Source: the human T2T-CHM13v2.0 reference genome, Homo sapiens. Taken from it: a stretch of 64,000 bases of DNA. Below are positions 25,873 to 39,035 of the stretch, piece by piece. Location of the stretch: NCBI RefSeq assembly GCF_009914755.1, contig NC_060925.1. One strand, given 5' to 3'. Within the stretch, counting starts at the first letter, position 1. Every line of letters starts with the position of its first letter. The notes under the pieces are model-generated. The model was not told the origin of the DNA, did not search any database, and saw only the letters and a list, made by a program, of their open reading frames with translations. A program made the position numbers and the translations under genes.

Positions 25873-26669
25873 TGGATTTCCTTATTTAATCCTCATAAAA
25901 TTCTATGAGGTGGGGGCCATTACTGCTCCCATTTTATGCATGAGGCAGCTGAGGGTTTGTAACTTGTCTAAGACCCTGCAGCTTGTAAGAGATGGAGGCA
26001 GGATAGGAACCCAGGAAACATGGCTTTGAAGGCTAAGTCTTCGAGTGCTGGACTCTGGAGAGGGCAGACCTCAGCCCAGGGGCCAAGGACGGCAATTGGA
26101 AGAGAGAATGTTCGGGCTGGTCTCAAGGAGGAGTTTATCAAGGAGGGATGAGGGCCAGAGCCATCTGGGCAGGGAGTGTCTGGAGGCATGAAGCAAGGAG
26201 CATGTTTGGCAATGGGGCATTGCCAGAGGGGATGGGTGTTTATTGTGTGGGTAGTGTGGTGCTGAGACAGTAAGTGGGGATGGATGAGGAAGGGCCCCAA
26301 GTGCTTTGTGACTTCGTCCTGGAGATAGTGGAGGATGCTTGAAGGGATGGTGGGTGGGTGCTCTGTCGACCCAGGGGAAGATGGCTGTGTGGTCAGGAAC
26401 GGAGGTGTCGAGGAGGATATGGGCTTGGGCTGGCTAGAACATCCAAGAAAGAGAGAGGAGGGGAAGTGGTGGGAGCAAAGGGGGGGAGGGGGAGGTCCCC
26501 AGTCTGGATAGGGGGAGGCATGTGGAAAGGGTTAGGGCCAAGGAGCGCTGGAAAAGTGGGTGGAGTCCAATCATGAGGCCCTTAAATTCCACACTAAGAG
26601 TCTGCTCCTGGGCCATCAGCACAGGCTGTATGGACAGGGAAGCCTGGTCAGCTGGGGCTCTGCGGTGCT

Positions 26670-27950
26670 ATGGGCCAGGCACAGTGTGGTTGTAGAGTAA
26701 GCAAGACAGACATGGCCCCTGGCCTTCATGGAATTTGCAGTCCAGGAGCCGAGACAGACATGAATCAAGCAGCCTCAGGCACCCATGGCTGACTGCAAAC
26801 AACCTGGCAGCTGATGGAAAACTCAGGGGCCCCAGGGGAGTGTGAGCTGGTAGGAAGTGCAGAAGCAACTCTAGGCTGCATCTCTTGGGGATGGGGAGAG
26901 GGGGAAGGAAAAGCATTCCAGGCAGAGGAACCAGCAAGCGCACAGCCTCAGAAGCAGCAAGGAATGGAGGCATTGAAAGAAAAGCAAAAAGGCCAGGGAG
27001 GCTGGAAGGCAGAGAGCTAGGGGGAGGGAGATGCTGAAGATTTGGGGGTTTGACTGGAGAAGAGTTGGGAGATGGTGAAGGGTTTTAAGCAGGGAAATGA
27101 CCAAAAGATCTGTGTTGTAGAAAGATCCCTGGCTGCTGTAAGCAGAATGGAATGAGGGGGAAGTATGGCTTTGAGGGACCAGTTAGGCAGCTGCTGCAGA
27201 CTCTCAGGAGCAGCTGGAGAGCCCCGGCTCAGGTCACAGTGAGGGAGTCAGAAGCAGGTGGGTGGCCCACACAGTGCAGGTGCTTGGAAGATGGATTCAG
27301 CAGGACTTGGTGACTGGCTGGGGAGGCGGGTGAGAAAGAAGAAGGGGTGGATGGAGGGGCTATCTACGGAGATGGGGGGGTCGGGAGGGAGGGGGTGGTC
27401 TTGAGAGAAAGAATCATGAGACAGTTCTAGCCAAGCTTGGATTGAGGTGCCTGAGAGACACCTGAGTGCAGGCAGCTGGGTGCCCAGGCCTGGGGCTCAG
27501 GAGGCGGGTGTGGGATGATCTAGGAATTATGAGCTAGAGATGGAAAGTCAGCCATGGGGGAGGCTAGGGAGAGAACATGGGAAGAGAAGAGGGCCCAGGA
27601 CACAACGTCAATGACTGTTGGAAGAAGAGGCACCAAGGACACCGAGAAGCTGCTGGCGGAGCAGTGGGGGAATATCAAGTCAGAGAATCCAGAAGGCCCT
27701 TGGAGGGTGTGGTCTGCAGGTGTGAGGAGGCCGAAAGCCCAGGCAGGTTGACGACTGTAAAACGCCGGTTGGATTTAGCAAAATGGAGGTCCGGGGCCTT
27801 GAGCAGGAGCAGGTTGAGTAGAGGGTGGGGAGGGGCAGAGACAGCCTCGTGGGAGGTGAAGCCTAGGAGATGGGACTTGGAGATAACAGGTTACTGCCAG
27901 GAACTGGGGCTGAAGGAGGAGGAAAGGAATGGGACCGAGTTCAATTGAAG
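26670..27950 (-). mobile_element. L2 LINE fragment (antisense)
   Basis: agacagacatggcccctggccttcatgga, aaagcattccaggcagagg, ttttaagcagggaaatgac, agaaagatccctggctgctg, ggatttagcaaaatggagg. Confidence 0.75.
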
Positions 27951-29936
27951 AGGATAGACAGGCTTGATTTGTTTGCTTGTTGGTTTTTAGGGTGGGAGGA
28001 ACTGGGCATGTTTAAGAAGAGGGAGCCAGTCAGGAGAGAGAGGTTCAGTGTCTTTCCCAGAATAGACCCTTGAGGCTAAGAACAACAACAAAAAATCCAG
28101 TAGAGCCCCAGGAGGAAAGGAATTTGGCTTTTTAGCTGAGTAGTGAAAAGGCAAGCTGGCAATTGCCCTTTGGCTCTGCCAGGGAAGGTCAGAGAAAGGC
28201 CTCCCCAGTGATGGAGAGGGGAAGGAAGTGAGGGGGAGAAAAAACAGTGGAGAGATAAACAAGCCTTGGCTGGAAGGAGGAGAGAGAAGCCCCCTCTGAA
28301 GGTACCTAGGGGTATTAAAAGGGGGAAGTTAACAGTGAGAACAAATAATAAAGATTCTTATATGTAGCCAAGGTTTGCTCTTTGTGTACTCTGAGACTAC
28401 CATACGTAAAGGCTGGTGTTTGAACTTGGCTCCTAGCAGTGGCAGCTTGTTAGGGAAGAGTTCTGGCTCGGGAGGCAGGAGATCAGGCTTCTGGTCTAGC
28501 TCTGCCATTAACCGGCTCTGGAGCCTGGGCCGCAGTGTCCCATATTTCAGTTGGGCTGGAGGTGAGTGTTTCTAATACTTTCATGGGGTTTTGTGAGTTG
28601 GCAACCTCGTTACATGGCTGGTGGCTTGATGCTCCAGAAAGTGTGTTTGCTGCACGGGACTGCATGAGGTAATAATAGTGTTGATAGTGATAATAATAGC
28701 TAAAGTGTACCGAGTGGCATCTCTGTGATCTGCACTGTGCCAAGAGGTTTGACTCCTGAGGAGGGATCATCCTCCCCATTTTACATTATGGAGATGCTGA
28801 ATGCCAGGTTGAAGGGTCTGAATGGGAGTATAAGGAAGGTTTGGAAAGAAGGGTCGGCAAACCGATAGCAGGATCCACACAAGACGGGTGGGACAATGCT
28901 GGAGTCCAGCAAAGAAGGAAGGCAAGCAATAAACCCAGAGGCAATCTGTGGATGAGTCTGCATGGGGGAAGAGGCAGAAGGACTGGCCTGAGGGAGGCAT
29001 CAGCGTCTCCAAGTCTAAGCATGGGCTGCCCACTTCCTTGGAAAGGGGCAGAAAATCTAAGCAAGGCCAGCTCTGAGCCTGTCAGAGAGTTGGGTTGGGA
29101 CACGCCTGGGGGTATTTGGCTCTGGGATTTTGTTGTCTGTTTACTAACCGCTCTCCTGCCTCTGGCTGCAGCGGTGAGCTTGCGAAAGTCTTGGCCTCAC
29201 TGTGTCTCTGTCTCACCGTTGCTGGAGGAGCCCAGTGGGTTACCTGGCCTCCCCTCCCTCTGCCGGGTCTCAGTTCCCTGCCACCTGCCCTGCAGGGCAG
29301 GTGGCCACTCGGACCCCAGTGGAGACTTGTCCCAGCCTCAGCCTCCCTGCAGCCCCTTCATGCCACATCTGTGTGTTCCCTGCCACCACCCTTCTGTGCT
29401 GTGCCTCAGGGAGGCCCCAGCCTCACTCCACATTTCCACTGGTTTTCTTTCCAAGCAAGTTCCCATCTATTATCCAATTTAATGCTCCTCCAACCTTGTG
29501 AGATCATCAGCTGAGCCATAAGCCCCTGAATCTGGGTCCCACAGCTGGTTATAAAGCTGGACCACAGGCAAGGCTCCTCCTGGTTAAGTGCCATATTGGA
29601 AAAAGGCCTGAGTGACAGGACTCTGGATTCCATTTCTGGCTCTGACATTATTCCCTGTGTGACCCTGAATAAGCTCTTGCTCTCCTGTGCGGAAAGGAAT
29701 GGGGTGGACGAGGTGACCTTTACTGTCTTCCCAACTCTGAAAGTCTTGGAAAGATTGAGCCGAATCCTTTAGTCAGCAAACATGCCTTGTCCCTTCCAGT
29801 GAGGCCAGCCTGGGCTGGAGCTGGAACCACTGTAGCAGGCCTGCCTTCTGGGTAGGGGTAACCCTAGCAAAAGGCCTGGTCCACAGATAAAAGGCCTGGC
29901 CACAGTCAAAGGGGCAGCATACAAAAGGCCTCTGAA

Positions 29937-30234
29937 GGCCTGGCGTGGTGGCTCACACCTGTAATCCCAGCACTTTGGGAGGCTGAGGTGGGTGGATCAC
30001 AAGGTCAAGAGATCAAGACCATCCTGGCCAACCTGGTGAAACCCCATCTCTACTTAAAATACAAACAATTAGCTGGGCGTGGTGGCTGGGCCTGTAGTCC
30101 CAGATACTCAGGAGGCTGAGGCAGGAGAATCGCTTGAACCTGGTGGGTGGAGGTTGCAGTCAGCCGAGATCCATGCCACTGCACTCCAGCTTGGGGACAG
30201 AGCGAGACTCCGTCTCAAAAAACAAACAAAAAAC
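29937..30234 (+). mobile_element. AluS (Sc-like)
   Basis: gatcacaaggtcaagagatcaagaccatcctggcc; exact 15-bp TSD CAAAAGGCCTCTGAA. Confidence 0.93.
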
Positions 30235-30429
30235 CAAAAGGCCTCTGAAAATCATCACAGAGACTGCCAAGCCCTTCTCATGGCCTCTTTCTGTCCCCCT
30301 AAATTCTCTCACACCCACCCTGTCCCCAGCCTCTCTTTCACCCCCAACCACACCATCACATAAAACCACTCTCCACCCCAAGCCTGGACGTGCTTCTGCT
30401 TACATGATGCCATTACTGTTGGCCAGAAA

Positions 30430-30850
30430 CTCACTTAATCCTCGCTACAGCCACCCTATGCCATGAACATTATTATCCTCATTTTACAGACGAGGAACCA
30501 AGGCCTAGAGAAGCTAAGTGACTCATCCAGGTGTTCCCAGTGGGAAGCTGCAGTGCAGGATGTGGTCCCAGAGTGCAGGGTCCCAGTGCCTGAGGTCAAA
30601 CCCGAACTGTCCTGCTCACCAACTGTGTGGCCTTGAGCAGAGGCCCCCTCACCCTCTCTTGAGTTTTAGCTTCCTTCCTCATAGAACAGATCTCCCCATT
30701 TCTACCTTTGGGCGGCTGTGAACAGACCCATGTCTGTCACCATCTGTGTACTCTCGCAAATCGCTCACCCTCTCTGAACTTAGAGGTTTTGTCTAGAAAT
30801 GGGGAAAGCAACACCCACTTCACAGGGTTGGTGTGGGGATTATGACAGAG
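30430..30850. mobile_element. Cluster of MIR fragments in both orientations
   Basis: attattatcctcattttacagacgaggaacc..., ctcaccaactgtgtggccttgagc..., ctctctgaacttag...ctagaaatgggga. Confidence 0.6.
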
Positions 30851-30939
30851 TATTGAGAAAGAGCTAGTGCTCAATAAACCCCAATCTCTGAAGCTGCCTA
30901 ATTGTAAAGCGAATAGGGCCCTGTGGTTGGACAGACAGA

Positions 30940-31070
30940 TTGCTTCTGATTATCCGCCATATTGTAAATATGGCTGCAGGGAACATCTTTTTGGCTTTCT
31001 TGGATTCATTCCTATGGATAAAGTCCTGGGGATTGATTGCGGCCCAGGTCAAAGGTCATGAACACTTATT
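30940..31070 (-). mobile_element. Ancient L1M fragment containing a perfect DR1 (31046-31058)
   Basis: tattgtaaatatggctgcagggaacatc...ggataaagtcct...gattgc..ggtcaaagg resembles antisense L1M 3' region. Confidence 0.5.
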
Positions 31071-33310
31071 CAAGTTGGCAGCTTTTTGTTATGGAGCAGG
31101 ATTCCGGAGTCAGATAGTCCTGCGGGTGAATCCGCATTGGCCTATTTCCTAGTCACTAGCCTTGGGTAAGTGACTCCACCTCGCTAAGCCTCTGATTTCT
31201 TATCTGTAAACCAGGGTAATAACATTAACTGTATTAAGGGATTGTTGCCTGACATGAAGTACTCATAAACCCTACCTTTTATTACGGTCCTGACTTGCTC
31301 TGATACCCATCCTTAGTTAATCAATACGGAAGCCGAGGTCGAGTGAGGGGAGTAGTCTCCTACCAAGGTCACAGTCTGTGTGCAGCTGGTAACCCAGATC
31401 TATCTGGGGCTAGTTTCAGCATCTTCTTTGCAAACCCTGTCAGACTCAAGCCAGGGCTGGAATTGATATGGTGCAGGGACTATGGTGGCCCAAGACCTCA
31501 TCCAGGTAGCAGAGGGAAAGTTCCAAATTGCTCTCCATGTCCTAAACAATGCCTGGGTGAGCCCCACTGTTTTCTTTCTCACCTCTCACCTCCATGCTTT
31601 TGCATCTGTTGTTTCTGCTAGAATGTTCTCCCTGACCAACCCACTTTAAACTGCATGACCTTCTTACCCACTGGACTATGATGGGGCCCTGCCTTCATCT
31701 CTGTCCGTTGATTGAATAGAATGAACTTGGGGAATTTCAGAGCTGGTCTGGATCAGTTTCACGTTTTCTAATGGAGAAGTGGACGCCTTGCCCAAGGACG
31801 CATGGTCTATCCACGAATGCATTTCTTGTGTGCCTACTAAGTATTTAGGGTGGGTGCAGTGCCCAGCCAGGAAGTGTCAAGGTATGGCAGAAGGAACACG
31901 TGTTTGGGGATCAAAAGACTTCAAGTCCACTCTCTCTCATTCCTTCGCTGGGACCTCAGGCTTGCTTTGGCTCCTCTCTGGGCCTCGGTTCTCCCACCTC
32001 TAAAATGGAGGTGATAAGCTCACCCACCTCTTGAGGCTAGTGTGAGTAGGAGTTGGAGACGCTGTGCCAGTGTTACACCCAAGTGTCATGTGGCAATGGC
32101 CCCAGCTGAGAGGGGGACTTCCAGGAGACAGAGAGCGGGGTCAGGCCTGGAGTCAGGCAGGCCTGGGACCAAAGCCTGGATCCTTCACTTACAGCTGTGT
32201 GACCTTGATTGAGTCACCTCCCTCCTCTGAGTTCAGTTCCTCCTCTATGAAGTCACCTCCTCAAAGTGGCCTTCCTTGGCCCACCTCCCACCCTTCATTT
32301 CTTCCATACCTCTGATCACAGGCCACAGTTCTCTCATTTGTTCTTTTTATTGTCTGTCTCTTCCTTCCAGAATATGCATTCCAGGAGAGCAGGGATATTT
32401 GTTTTGTTCCCCGATGTATCCCCTGGATCTAGCACAGGACTGGCAGGTAATAGGCACTCAATGATATTTGTTGAATGAGTGAATGGATGAATATGTGAAT
32501 GCATTGGAGTTAGTACTTCCAACCTCCCAAGGGCGTTTAGAGGCGAAGGGCGAGATGCATAAGGTGTCCGGCCCAGCACATAACAGGCTCGCTCAGTGAG
32601 GATGGAGCTGCTGTTACCATCCTGAGGAAAAACTTTGCAGCTGCCTCCCAGGAAACTGGGCTCAAGGTGGGGGGCGGGAGAGCTCAGCAACTCCCACAGT
32701 GTAGCTTCCACTTCCTGGCTGGGGCTGAGCCCTGTAATTGCTCCCATCTCCTTGGCAGCCTCAGCAGCTGTCTAATGAGTTTGCACCCGGCTGGCCCCTG
32801 GGCTTGGCCGCACAGCCCAGGCCTGCCTGCCCAACTGCAGGCAGACAAAGGCCCTCTGTCCCTGGGATCTGCTTCCTGCCCGCCCACTGCGTCCCTGACA
32901 AACCGAGGTCCCCAGCTGCCAAGCTCTGCTTCTGCAGTGAAGGAGCCCAAGATTCCCATGTGGGCCAGGGGCACAGAGCAGTGGAGAGGGCATTTGTCCT
33001 GGAGGATGGAGCCCTGGGTCCACATCCCTGCTCTTCTCCGGCTGAGAGGTGCTAGGGGAGGCGGTGGGATGTCATGCCCAAGAGCCTGACCAACAGGGTT
33101 GGAACCACGCCTCCACCACCTCTAGCTGTGTGACCTTGGGCAAGTCCCAGACTGCTCTAATCCTCAGTTTCCTCATCCATCAAGCAGGGGTAGATTACAG
33201 GAGCTCACGGGTGTACAGCTGTCAGCATAGGTCTTGGCACATGGAAGAGCTATTATAATTATTGGGGACCCCGTTTGATCCAGGGTCCTTGGTCTGCTCA
33301 TCTATCAAAT

Positions 33311-33410
33311 CAGGATTGCTCAACCTTGGCACTATTGACATTGGGACTGGATGATTCTGTTGTAGGGGCTGTCCTGTGCATTCTAGGATGTTTAGTAGCA
33401 TCCCTGGCAT
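33311..33410. mobile_element. MER20-like hAT-Charlie DNA transposon fragment
   Basis: ctcaaccttggcactattgacatt...ggggctgtcctgtgcattctaggatgtttagtagcatccctggc. Confidence 0.85.
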
Positions 33411-36400
33411 CAGCTGACCCAGTTTCAAGGTTTCTGTTACACTCTGAAATTCCCTGATTTGCTTTAGGAACCCCAGATTCTTCTCCATGGTCGGAATCAT
33501 TGCAAAATAACTGGTAAGTATTCCTTCACTGCAAAATAATCTCCCTAGTCTAGGGGCCCCAAATGCCTCAGGCTGCTCACAATGAGCATTGGACATGGAG
33601 GATGATGGCGGCGTCTTTAATTATGCAAGAGCTGTAACAGGACCCAACCCTGAGCATCCTGGAAACTCCTTGAAATGTTCCCCATAACACTTCTTTGGAG
33701 CCTCCCATCTTCCCCCTGGAATACACATGGCCACCAGCCCATTGTCTTTGTGCCCCACTCTGCTCTACATCCTGCTGCAGTCCCCATCTCAGACTCTGCC
33801 AAAAGGGCCCCTGTGCCCAGCATTCACTGCTTGTCCCCATCTCCCTAAACATCCTTTCCCACCACACCGTCCCCTGCAGTTGCCGAGCTCTCTTTGTACC
33901 CTCCATCCACTGTGCCTTTGCTGATGCTGTCCCTTCTACCCCTAGAGCTCTCTCTCCACCCCTCCCCTCCCTCCAGGCCTAGCTGTGAAGTTGCCTCTTC
34001 CTGAGGTTCTCCCAGATTCCTACATCAGAACAGCTCTGCCTGCCCTGGGCACCGGAGCCAACCCTGAGCTCACCACTCTGCTGGAACACATGTCTGCCCA
34101 GCATGGCATCCAGTTTATTTATGAGGCTGTCTGTCTGCCCCCCGTCCCAGGAGCCCCAGGGCAGGGCCCTGTCTGATTCATTGCCAGGCACAGGGTCTGG
34201 CCAGCATCAGGGAGCATGTGTTGAGCAGTACCGGTGAGAGCTGTCTCTGGGAGGAGGCATTGTGGGGCTGGCTGGCATGGAGCACAGGCCCAGGGCTGTG
34301 GAGTGGCGGGGCCAGGCCAATGCCAGTGCTGCTGGAGAAGGCTGAGGGCCCTCCTTCCCAGGTTCCCTCATCTTGCCCTCTCTCCTCCTCCCCTCTGTCA
34401 CTGACTCATTCACTCAGCAACTTCTCTTGCTCATTCATGCATCTGCGTGCTCCGTCACAGACTCATTCACTAATAGGGGAGCTCATCCATTCATTCACTT
34501 TTATATTTGTCCATTCATTCATTCATTTCTTCACTTACTCCTCTATTCATCCAACAAACTTTCCTGAGCTCTGATATTACACCCCACTCTGACCTCTAGA
34601 GAAGCCCTGGAGATTCAGCGCTAAAGACCTTTTCTTCCGGAGTGGTGGTGATGGGTGGTACACACGTATAAATGAACAACTGCAGTCAGAGTGAAAGGGG
34701 CTATGATTGAGGAATACGTGATGTGACAGCAGAGGAATCTACACAGGCTTCATGCAGGAGGTGGCATTTGCATAGGGCCTTGGAGATTAAGAAGTCCCAA
34801 GCAAGGCCTAGAGAGGCTGGGCTCTGAGCTCCGGGATGGGGAGGAGATGGTTTCTAGAGGACTTAGGGACTGCTTGGCTGGGTGCCTGGGGAGAGAGAGG
34901 AAGGGACAAGAGTTGCGTTCAGCCCTCATCCTCCATCCAGAAATCCCGAGCGCACAAATACATATTCAGTGCCTGCTGTGTGCCAGACAGTGGCTGGGGA
35001 TACAAGAACAACACGGACAAAGCCCTGCCTTCAAAAAGCTTACATTTGAGTGTGGGGAGGCAGAAAACTGAAATAACTAATAAAGGATGTAATGTCAGGT
35101 GGTGCTAAGTGCTTAAGAGCCGGAGAGCAGGGGATGGCTTGCTAAGTAGCTTGTTCGTGGAGGGCCTCCTGACAAGGCAATGCTCATGAGCAATGCAGTG
35201 TCTGGTGAGGGTGTCCAAGCAGTTTCCTGCTGGGAATGTCTTCTGCTTGCCAATTCAGTATCATACCAGCAGCCAGCATTGGGCTGAGCACGGAGTGGCT
35301 GTGCAAGCCAGGGCAGTCCTGGCTGTGTTTTCCTCTGGGTCTCGGTCTGCCCAGTCCACCGGGCTGAATCTTCATCTGTGAACCCTCATGCTCAGCACAG
35401 GGCCCGGCATGTGTGGCCTCCCTGAGGACCAGGAAGCAACACAGGGGTCGAGGTGGGACTGTAAACCCTGGGCAGCTGCTGCCCATCCAGGCAGGTGTCA
35501 GGGTTGGATGGGGAGGCTCAGGGGGCCCAGAGGGTTCCGGGTGCCCTGGGGGATGGGGCATCTTGCAGTAGGAGCCCAGCCCTTCACTGGGGAGGGGAGC
35601 ATGGGGGAAACGGGGCAAAATAGTCAGCCCTGCTTTTCAGGCCTGGCCTTCCAGACCCATCCCTGCTCCCAGGAAAAGCAGCAGGGGCAGCCCCGAGGGC
35701 CCCCATTCCAGTCTCTCTGAGAGTGGAGGTTCTGGAAGTGGGGCCCTTGAGGTACTCTCTGAGGATCACACTGAGGCTTTTTCTGCTCCTGGAACCAATG
35801 GCTCTGGAGAGGGACAGAGTCCAGGGACCAAGCCTAGAACTAGGCCCAGGGAGGAGAGGGAGCTGGGCAGGGGTGAGTAGATCCTGTGGAGCCCCTCTCT
35901 CCCTAGCTCTTAACGTCTTTCTTCCTCCCCTTCCCCAAGCTCTGAGCCCAGCCTCTCCAGCTCTTACTTGCAGGTATGGGTCAGCCCTGGGCTTTCTCCT
36001 GGCTAGTGGCAGAGGCTCCTTCCACCCACTCTGGGGCTCCTGGGCTCACCCAGCCTGGGGGAGTGTCAGAGACAGTCCTGCCTGCACTGCTTAGGACTAA
36101 TCTGAGAATAGAATCCTGAAGCCATGGCCTTAGGGAGAGATGGGGACCCTGGGACAGAGCAGAGCACACAGGGGCTCTGGGGTCTGGGGTGTGGCCTCTG
36201 GTCCCCAGCGTCTGCAGACCCCTCCAGAGATGCTAAGGGGCCTCAGCTCTGACCAAGGAGAGCACACAGCACTGGAGGGGGTAGCGCCACTCCTGCAGGA
36301 GGAGCGTGAGCAGAGGTTGGAAATTTGTGAGGACACTCAGACTTCAGATGGGTGGGGTGCCTTCTGCCCTGAGACTCTGCGATGGGAGAGGAGGAGGATC

Positions 36401-37089
36401 CAGGCCTTGGCTCCCAGAGCCACAGCCCTGCCTCGGCCCCCAGGAAACAATACTAAAGTCCTACAAATCCCCATGTGGCAAAGTTTTCGTTGAGGCTTTC
36501 CTGTGGCAAGGAGCGTTTACTCTTCTGGACCAGCTAGGATCAGGCCATTGTAAATTGTTGAAAATCTATGTCTAAATTTTAAAGAAATATTGTTGCTTCT
36601 TGAGTCATTTCTTTGTCTAGCAGATAGACTTCCTGCAGAGCAAACACCAAGGAACTCAGGATGTTTTGGATTACTTTTTAATCCTTAGGATTTTAAATTA
36701 CAAGTGTAATTAAAACTTACACTGAACAGTCAAACATTTTAGTCATACACAACCTAGAAGGGGAAATCTCTACCCCCACTCCCCTACAAATTCTCTTCCC
36801 CAGAGATGACCACTGTTAACAGCTTAGAAGTTCACCCAGACTTCTGTCTGAATATTAGTGTTATGTGGATAATTGCTCTGACATAGCAATGCATATTTCC
36901 TCCCATAGTTCTTGTATGAGATTTTCCTCCTATTCAGCCAGAAGCATCCATTTGCTTCAGAGAGGATTAAAATAGATAGACAGTGATATAAAGAGGACTA
37001 ATGAACAAGGCTCAGTTAAAAATGAGATTCAAAAGAGAATCTCGAAGTCCATATGAGACAAAAGTCTTGAAAGCTGGCTTTGTTGATTA

Positions 37090-37650
37090 ACATTTTGGTT
37101 AGGATGCTTTGGCTGCAGGTAACAGTAAGTACAACACAAACTTGATAAACAATGAGATACATTGACTCAGGTCCCCAGACTCCAGAGACAGACTAGGCTT
37201 CAGAGCTGGCTTCATCAGTGACGCTGGCCCATCTCTCTAAAGTTCCCTTGGTGTACCTTGCTTTGTCTAATGGCTTAATCTGTGGGATGGCATCCCTTAG
37301 AATTACCATGTGGCTGGACAGTACAATTATTCTGAGGAAAGGGGAGCACATCTGTTCTTAAAAGCAAGAAAACACTTTCCCCCAGGCTCCCAGCAACTCT
37401 CCCCTTGCATCGTGGCTAGGGTCACATGCCCATTCCTGGAGCCAAGAGTGTGTCCTGCAGTGGGGCTTAGGCCTGAGTTTCTGGACCAATCACCATGGCA
37501 GATGGGGTGGGATTTCATGGCACCAGTTAGAGCTGCCCTGGAACTGAAGTTGGGGTCAACTTTCCCTGAAGCTCACTGGTGATGTGAGGATGGGCTGGAT
37601 TCCAGATTAAAAACTGGGGCATATTCAAGAAGAAGGACAGGGAAATCGAA
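37090..37650 (-). mobile_element. Old MaLR LTR (MLT1J/K/L-like)
   Basis: ttggttaggatgctttggctgcaggtaacag...gggtcacatgcccattcctgga...ccaatcac. Confidence 0.6.
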
Positions 37651-38086
37651 GAAGGTAGAGAATCAACATCACCTACTGTAAGAGAGAGAAAGCAGATTTC
37701 TCTGTTCCCAAAGCTTCCCTGTAGATATTCACAACAAATCTTGGAGGACAGGACATGGAGTTTTACCCTAAGCCACAGGTAGAGAGAATTTAGGAGGTGA
37801 TGTAAGGGAAGTCTCTACCAGCTCAGGAGGAAGTAGGGAGTCCTTCCACCTTTCAGAGGAGCCACCAAGGAGTTGGAAAAATGAGGCAAAAGTGACGTAA
37901 AGCAGCTGCCTGAAGACCCAGTGCCCCATCCTTGCCTCTGAGCCCCAGCCAGGGGAGGGATTGTGGGAAGATAGAAAGCCCAGATGGGGGCTTCTGCCCA
38001 TTTCTAGAACTCTAGAACTCTGTAGAGTGCTGTCTGGAAGGATGCTTGGCCCATGCCCACAGGAGACTAGAAAGGGCAATGTGGGG

Positions 38087-38501
38087 TGTGTATCCATTTC
38101 CTGAGGGCTGCCGTGATGAATGACCACAGACTTGGTGGTCTGAGACCCAGGCGTCGGCCGGGCTGTGCTCTCTTCGAAGGCTCTGGAGGACAGTCTGTTC
38201 CCTGCCTCTTCCAGCTCCCCTGGTTGTCCTGTGGCTGCATCACGACTCCAGTCTCTGCCTCCATCTTCCCATGGCCTTCTCCTCCATCTCTGAGTCATCA
38301 CCTCTGTGCCAAGTCTCCCTCTGACTTTCTCTTCTAAGGGCACTTTTCATTGGATTTAGGGCTCACCTGGATAATCCAAAATGAGCTCATCTTGAGAGCC
38401 TTCATTACCTGGGCAGAGACCCTTTTTCCAAATCACATTCACAAGTTCTGAGAGTTAGGATGTGGACGTATCTTTTTGTGGCCAACATTCAACCTCCTAC
38501 G
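38087..38501 (-). mobile_element. MaLR solo LTR (MLT1C-like)
   Basis: tgtatccatttcctgagggctgccgtgatgaatgaccacagacttggtgg...cattggatttagggctcacctggataatcca...attcaacc. Confidence 0.85.
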
Positions 38502-39035
38502 GGGTATTTAGGCAGAGAGAAGACCAGAGATAGTGCCCCTAGACTAGCTTGTCTCCTGTGTGGTGTGGGAGGAATGCCCCAAGGTCCAGTGTCTTGACAA
38601 TGGGGGGACACAGAAGGACACTGAGAGCTCTGGTAGGCTGCTTGTCTGTCAGGACCCTGGCAGGGTCACAATGACCCTGAAGTCCCAGCCAGATCACAGG
38701 GGATTTGCCCTTGTGGATCCCAATCAGGCCAGCTGTGCTGGAGCTCTCAGTAGTCCTTGCCCAAGTCAGAACACACCCCAGGTTCCACTTGCTGCACTGG
38801 TAACAGCAGCTAGGACAGAAACCGACAGGATGAGATGCTCCAACAGGAAGATGACTTGAGGCCTGGAGGCCCTTGCCTTGATGCTATGAAGACACCGAAG
38901 TTTCCAGCTTGCAGACCCCATCTTAGGAGGGGGACTCCTTGTGAGGGGGAAACAGCTCTGATGGGAACTGAAGTTTACATCAACTGAATCCCCCAAAGAG
39001 AATGAGTTACCTTTCATAGGTCAGTTTAAAAAAAA

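Noticed and set aside
29869-29936. Short AAAAGGCCTGG(T)CCACAG repeats beside the Alu
   Set aside because: Ordinary ~20-bp local tandem duplication plus the Alu TSD
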